Origin: Cetorhinus maximus
Lineage: Eukaryota
Direction of reading: 5' to 3'
Length of the DNA stretch: 64,000 nucleotides
NCBI RefSeq assembly: GCF_964194155.1
Contig: NC_135897.1
Location: 59,582,001 to 59,646,000, forward strand
Each line of letters starts with the position of its first letter. Position 1 is the first letter of the stretch. The position numbers were made by a program, and so were the translations under genes. The notes beneath the pieces are model-generated. The model saw only the letters and a list, made by a program, of their open reading frames with translations. It was not told the DNA's origin and ran no database searches. Positions 60,423-64,000 of this stretch are shown here, in pieces.

Positions 60423-61645
60423 CTAGCTGAAGGTTCTTTGGATTTGGCAGGGTGTCCCTGCCTCCCTGGTGTGTGTCCGGGTCAGCATCTACCCCCTCAG
60501 CGTTCTGTGTGTGTTCATCCTCGGACTCACTGCTGGACTCATCGTGCTCAGCCGGAGCAACTGTGTCTAAATCTTCTTCGTCCACTGCATCACCCCTTTC
60601 CAGTGCCAGATTGTGGAGAGCGCAGCATGCAACCACTATCAACGACACACGATCTAGGGAGTACTGGAGTGCGCCCCCTGAACGGTCCAGGCATCGGAAG
60701 TGCATCTTGAGAAGACCGATGGTTCTCTCCACCACAGCCCTTGTGGTGTGGCTCCTATTGTACCACTGCTCAGCCTCTGTTCTTGGATGGCGGAGGAGCA
60801 TCTTGAGCCAGCTTTTGAGGGGATAGCCCTTGTCACCCAGCAGCCATCCATCCAGCCGGGCTGGAGCACTAAAGAGCCTTGGCACCTGGGAGTGTCTGAG
60901 TGTGTAAGTGTCATGGGAACTGCCTGGGTACCTTGCACAGACTTGCAGAATCTGCATCCTGTGATCACACACTATCTGCACGTTCATGGAGTGGAAGCCC
61001 TTCCTGTTGACGAAGGTACCGGGCTCACCTGCTGGCGCCTTGATGGCCACATGTGTGCAGTCAATGGCACCAGACGCAGGGGAAGCCAGCAATGGCTGCA
61101 AAGCCTCTGGCTCGCTGTGTCTGACTGGCCTGGTCCCAGTGGTAGTGGATGAAAGTCAATGCACACCTGAACAGAGCATCTGTCACCTGCTTGACACAAG
61201 TGTGGACAGCTGATTGGGAGACTCTGCAAAGATCACCCACCAACCCCTGGAAAGGGCCGGAGGCACAGAAGTTGAGGGCAGCCATGACCTTCAGAGCTAC
61301 TGGCATAGGGTGTCCGCCCACACAATTGGCGCAAATGTCAGGGCCTATCATCTGACAGATGGAGGCGACTGTCTCCCTTGAGAGACGGAGCCTCCTTCAA
61401 TACTGTACCTCAGACTTATTATGGTAGCTGCTTTGCTGCCTGTATACCCTAGCAGCAGGATATTGGCATCTTCTGCGGCCCCTTCCGTCTTGGACTTCAT
61501 GTTGGCCCTGTGGCCCTTGTGCCTGAGCCTCTCCTCCCAAAGGCGGCTACCCTGGAGGCTGAATGTGGACTCCTGGCCTCCTCCCCCTTCTGGCCCTCCC
61601 TTCCTCCTCAGAGGAGGTGCCTCCAGTGGAGAGCACAACTCCCAT
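60423..61645 (-). pseudogene. Harbinger DDE transposase, disrupted
   Basis: MGVVLSTGGTSSEEE start; [13 protein letters not shown]...[10 protein letters not shown]...GDKGYPL...[17 protein letters not shown]...CCALHNL largely in one 230-aa ORF. Confidence 0.95.
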
Positions 61646-62284
61646 TCCCAGGCTAAGGGAAGACTTCCTGAAACCTGCAAGCCCCAAAAATGATCTTTAC
61701 TGTAGAGTCCTGACCTGAAGGCTGTTACTCCTGTCCAAGCAGCTGTGAAGAGTTTTGAAGTATTCCTGCTCACACAGGCAAGTAGCAGTGACTTTCACAA
61801 TTAAATATCTAACAGATACCACTCGCAACCCCACTCACCCCTCTTATCCTGCCCGTGGATGAGGTTAATACAAATGTCTCCTACCTGCCTGCCCGTTGCG
61901 CCCGTGCGACGTCCTGAAGATCGCACATGCCCTGAAAAATTACAGACAATTGCTGCCTCAAGGGCCTTAAGTACCTGATTAATTAATGGCGGGCGCGCAT
62001 CTGAGAACATTGCGTGCCTACCCACTTACATATCGCAATGGCGCGCAGTGACATTGGGACGTTCGCCTGACATCACCATGCGTCATTTTACCCATTGGCG
62101 TGTGGGGCTCGTCCCCACACACCAGTAAGAAAATCCTGGCCAAAACCAAATTTATAAATGGAGTTCTGATATAGCTGCTTCCAGTCCAGTTGCTTACCAC
62201 TGGTTGGCTGGAATGCCAGTCTAATTCAACATGTAGATTATTTCACTATGTGAGTCAGGGTTCTATAATGTATATAGCTACTCG

Positions 62285-62610
62285 ATGCCTCACATTTAAA
62301 ATTCTCACCTTTGTGTATTAATTCCTTCATTGCCTCACCCTTCTCTGTCTCTCTAGTCTCCTCCAGCTCTCCAACATCCCCTCCCCCACTCTGAACTCTC
62401 TGATACTCTGATCTCTTTTGCATCCCTCCTCATTTACTCCATTGTCATTGGACATGCCTGCGTTTGCCTCAACCCCATGGAGTTCTCCTCTTAAACTTGC
62501 CCATTTTCCTGTCTTTTTTTAAAACCCAACTTAAAAACCACCGCTTGATCAAGCTTTTGATCACTCCACCTAATATCTCCCTCTTTGGCTCAGCAGCATA
62601 TTAAGGATGC
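62285..62610 (+). mobile_element. L2-type LINE 3' fragment
   Basis: tttaaaattctcac...ctcctccagc...cttaaaaacc...caagcttttgatcac...tttggctcag; matches 6630-6970. Confidence 0.6.
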
Positions 62611-64000
62611 TATCCTATATTAAGCATGATCCCTTGGGTGGACCAAGGCAGAACTAGGTAGGGTGTTGGGCACTGTCGTCTGAATACTGAACTTGTGCAA
62701 AAGGTTTCAATCTTGTTTGGTGAACGTTGGACTCTGCACCTTCAAGACAGAGTGAGGTTTGCTTCTGGCTAGAGGGGAGATTACCTCATAAAAATGGTGT
62801 CAGGGGTTCCAACAATGGTATTAACTTCAACTGGAGTTGTGAAGTCATAGTACCTTCCTAACCAGGTGATAGCCAGCATGATGAGGATCAAGAATTTTTA
62901 TTGAACTTTTTTTGTGGGGCCAGGGGTTCTCTTTTCTCATGGTTGTGAAGTATATTATTTTACTTGTGCCTCTGGTTAACTGTTATCTACCAAATACTAT
63001 TAGCTAATTTTGTGAATCTGACAATAACTGTATGATGCATGTAGTTTTTTTCCAAATTTTTAGAAAGGAAACTGTTGCTGTTCTTTATATTATCACCGCA
63101 GGGTCACTCTGTGTGCACTGTGATTTTATGTAGTCCTTATGTACATCTTATATTAAATAATTTACCTGCATTAAAAGGAAAATACTACTGAGAGCGTGGT
63201 TTGTTCTTGTATAAAAGTACAAAATTCAGTGGTGTGAAATGGATTTTAGCAATCCCAGGCTATAATTAGTCAAATTTAGTTTCAACCCCTTTAAATTGTG
63301 CTTGCATTAGCCACACATTATTATACTTTTAGAATTGTGAAAATGGAGGGTCACAAATGCTGCTGAGAGCAGAAATTGAAATAAAGGCACCATGACAATA
63401 CTAAGGATTGGTAGGGGTAGGGTTCTGTGCATTTTTTCCTTGCTGGTGGAACAAAGGACTCATAAACTTATAGGCCACTGGACAAAATCTTAATTCAATG
63501 CTTACACCGCTTTCCATGCCATATTTGTGGCAATTTGTTTCTTTTGGCTCCTTATGGTGGTGAGAGATGAAAGCAAGTTGCACTAACAATATAGGGCTGA
63601 TTCTGTGTTCCCATATGTCCACCCTGTAATTTATCATCCATTCATTTTAACAGAGACAAATAGGTAGCACAATTTTGTACACATGAGCTGTTAAATGGCC
63701 TTAATGCCATACAACATGGTTGTGTTCAAACAATGACAACTCCAGTTTATATATCCACTTTCACATAAAATTTTAAGGAGGTCAGTTTTTTGTGAAATTA
63801 AGGTGAAGCTCTGCTCTCTGTATTCTGAAAATAATTCTTTTTGGCTTTGTGTGGGCGAAGTGTAACAGATATACAACCATGCCTGGAGTTAACCTAGTTT
63901 AAAGAGGAGGCAAGCTGCCTGTGTTGCTAAGACACAGTCATGTAGTCATGATCTAATCAGTTCATGTTGCTTGGCTAGTACCTCAGTTTGTTAAAATTAC

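Larger units (their letters stand above)
57550..62141. mobile_element. PIF/Harbinger transposon H4, near full length
   Basis: Degenerate TIRs GGGGGAATTCTCC / AGAAAATCCTGGCC; TSD AAA on both sides; collinear with H2. Confidence 0.9.

Noticed and set aside
60409-61101. Domesticated host gene HARBI1
   Set aside because: It lies between TIRs with a TSD, has several near-identical copies in the window and is frameshifted, so it is a transposon pseudogene.

Overview
This is eukaryotic, repeat-dominated DNA, most likely from a cartilaginous fish (shark-type CR1/L2 LINEs, tRNA-derived SINEs and Penelope-associated repeats); the taxon is an inference. I found no intact host gene, rRNA, tRNA or CRISPR. 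The window is a nested cluster of decayed transposons. It holds at least nine PIF/Harbinger copies or remnants from several families; the fuller copies carry a DDE (HARBI1-like) transposase and a convergent three-exon Myb/SANT gene, and four copies have both TIRs and exact 3-bp TSDs. It also holds six related ~0.5-0.7 kb Harbinger MITEs with a cassette of internal hairpins, one Gypsy LTR element with both LTRs and a 5-bp TSD, many CR1/L2 fragments, and Penelope-like repeats with hammerhead-ribozyme cores. All coding remnants are frameshifted or carry stops. Best leads: (1) the Gypsy RT/RNase H is replaced by a non-transposon coiled-coil fragment; (2) both Gypsy LTRs carry a duplicated PBS and a motif complementary to the 5' arm of the primer tRNA-Ser; (3) four Harbinger transposases start with MGxxxS; (4) Harbinger insertions show a C-WNW-G target preference; (5) the MITEs carry a multi-hairpin interior. 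Boundaries of degraded elements are approximate.
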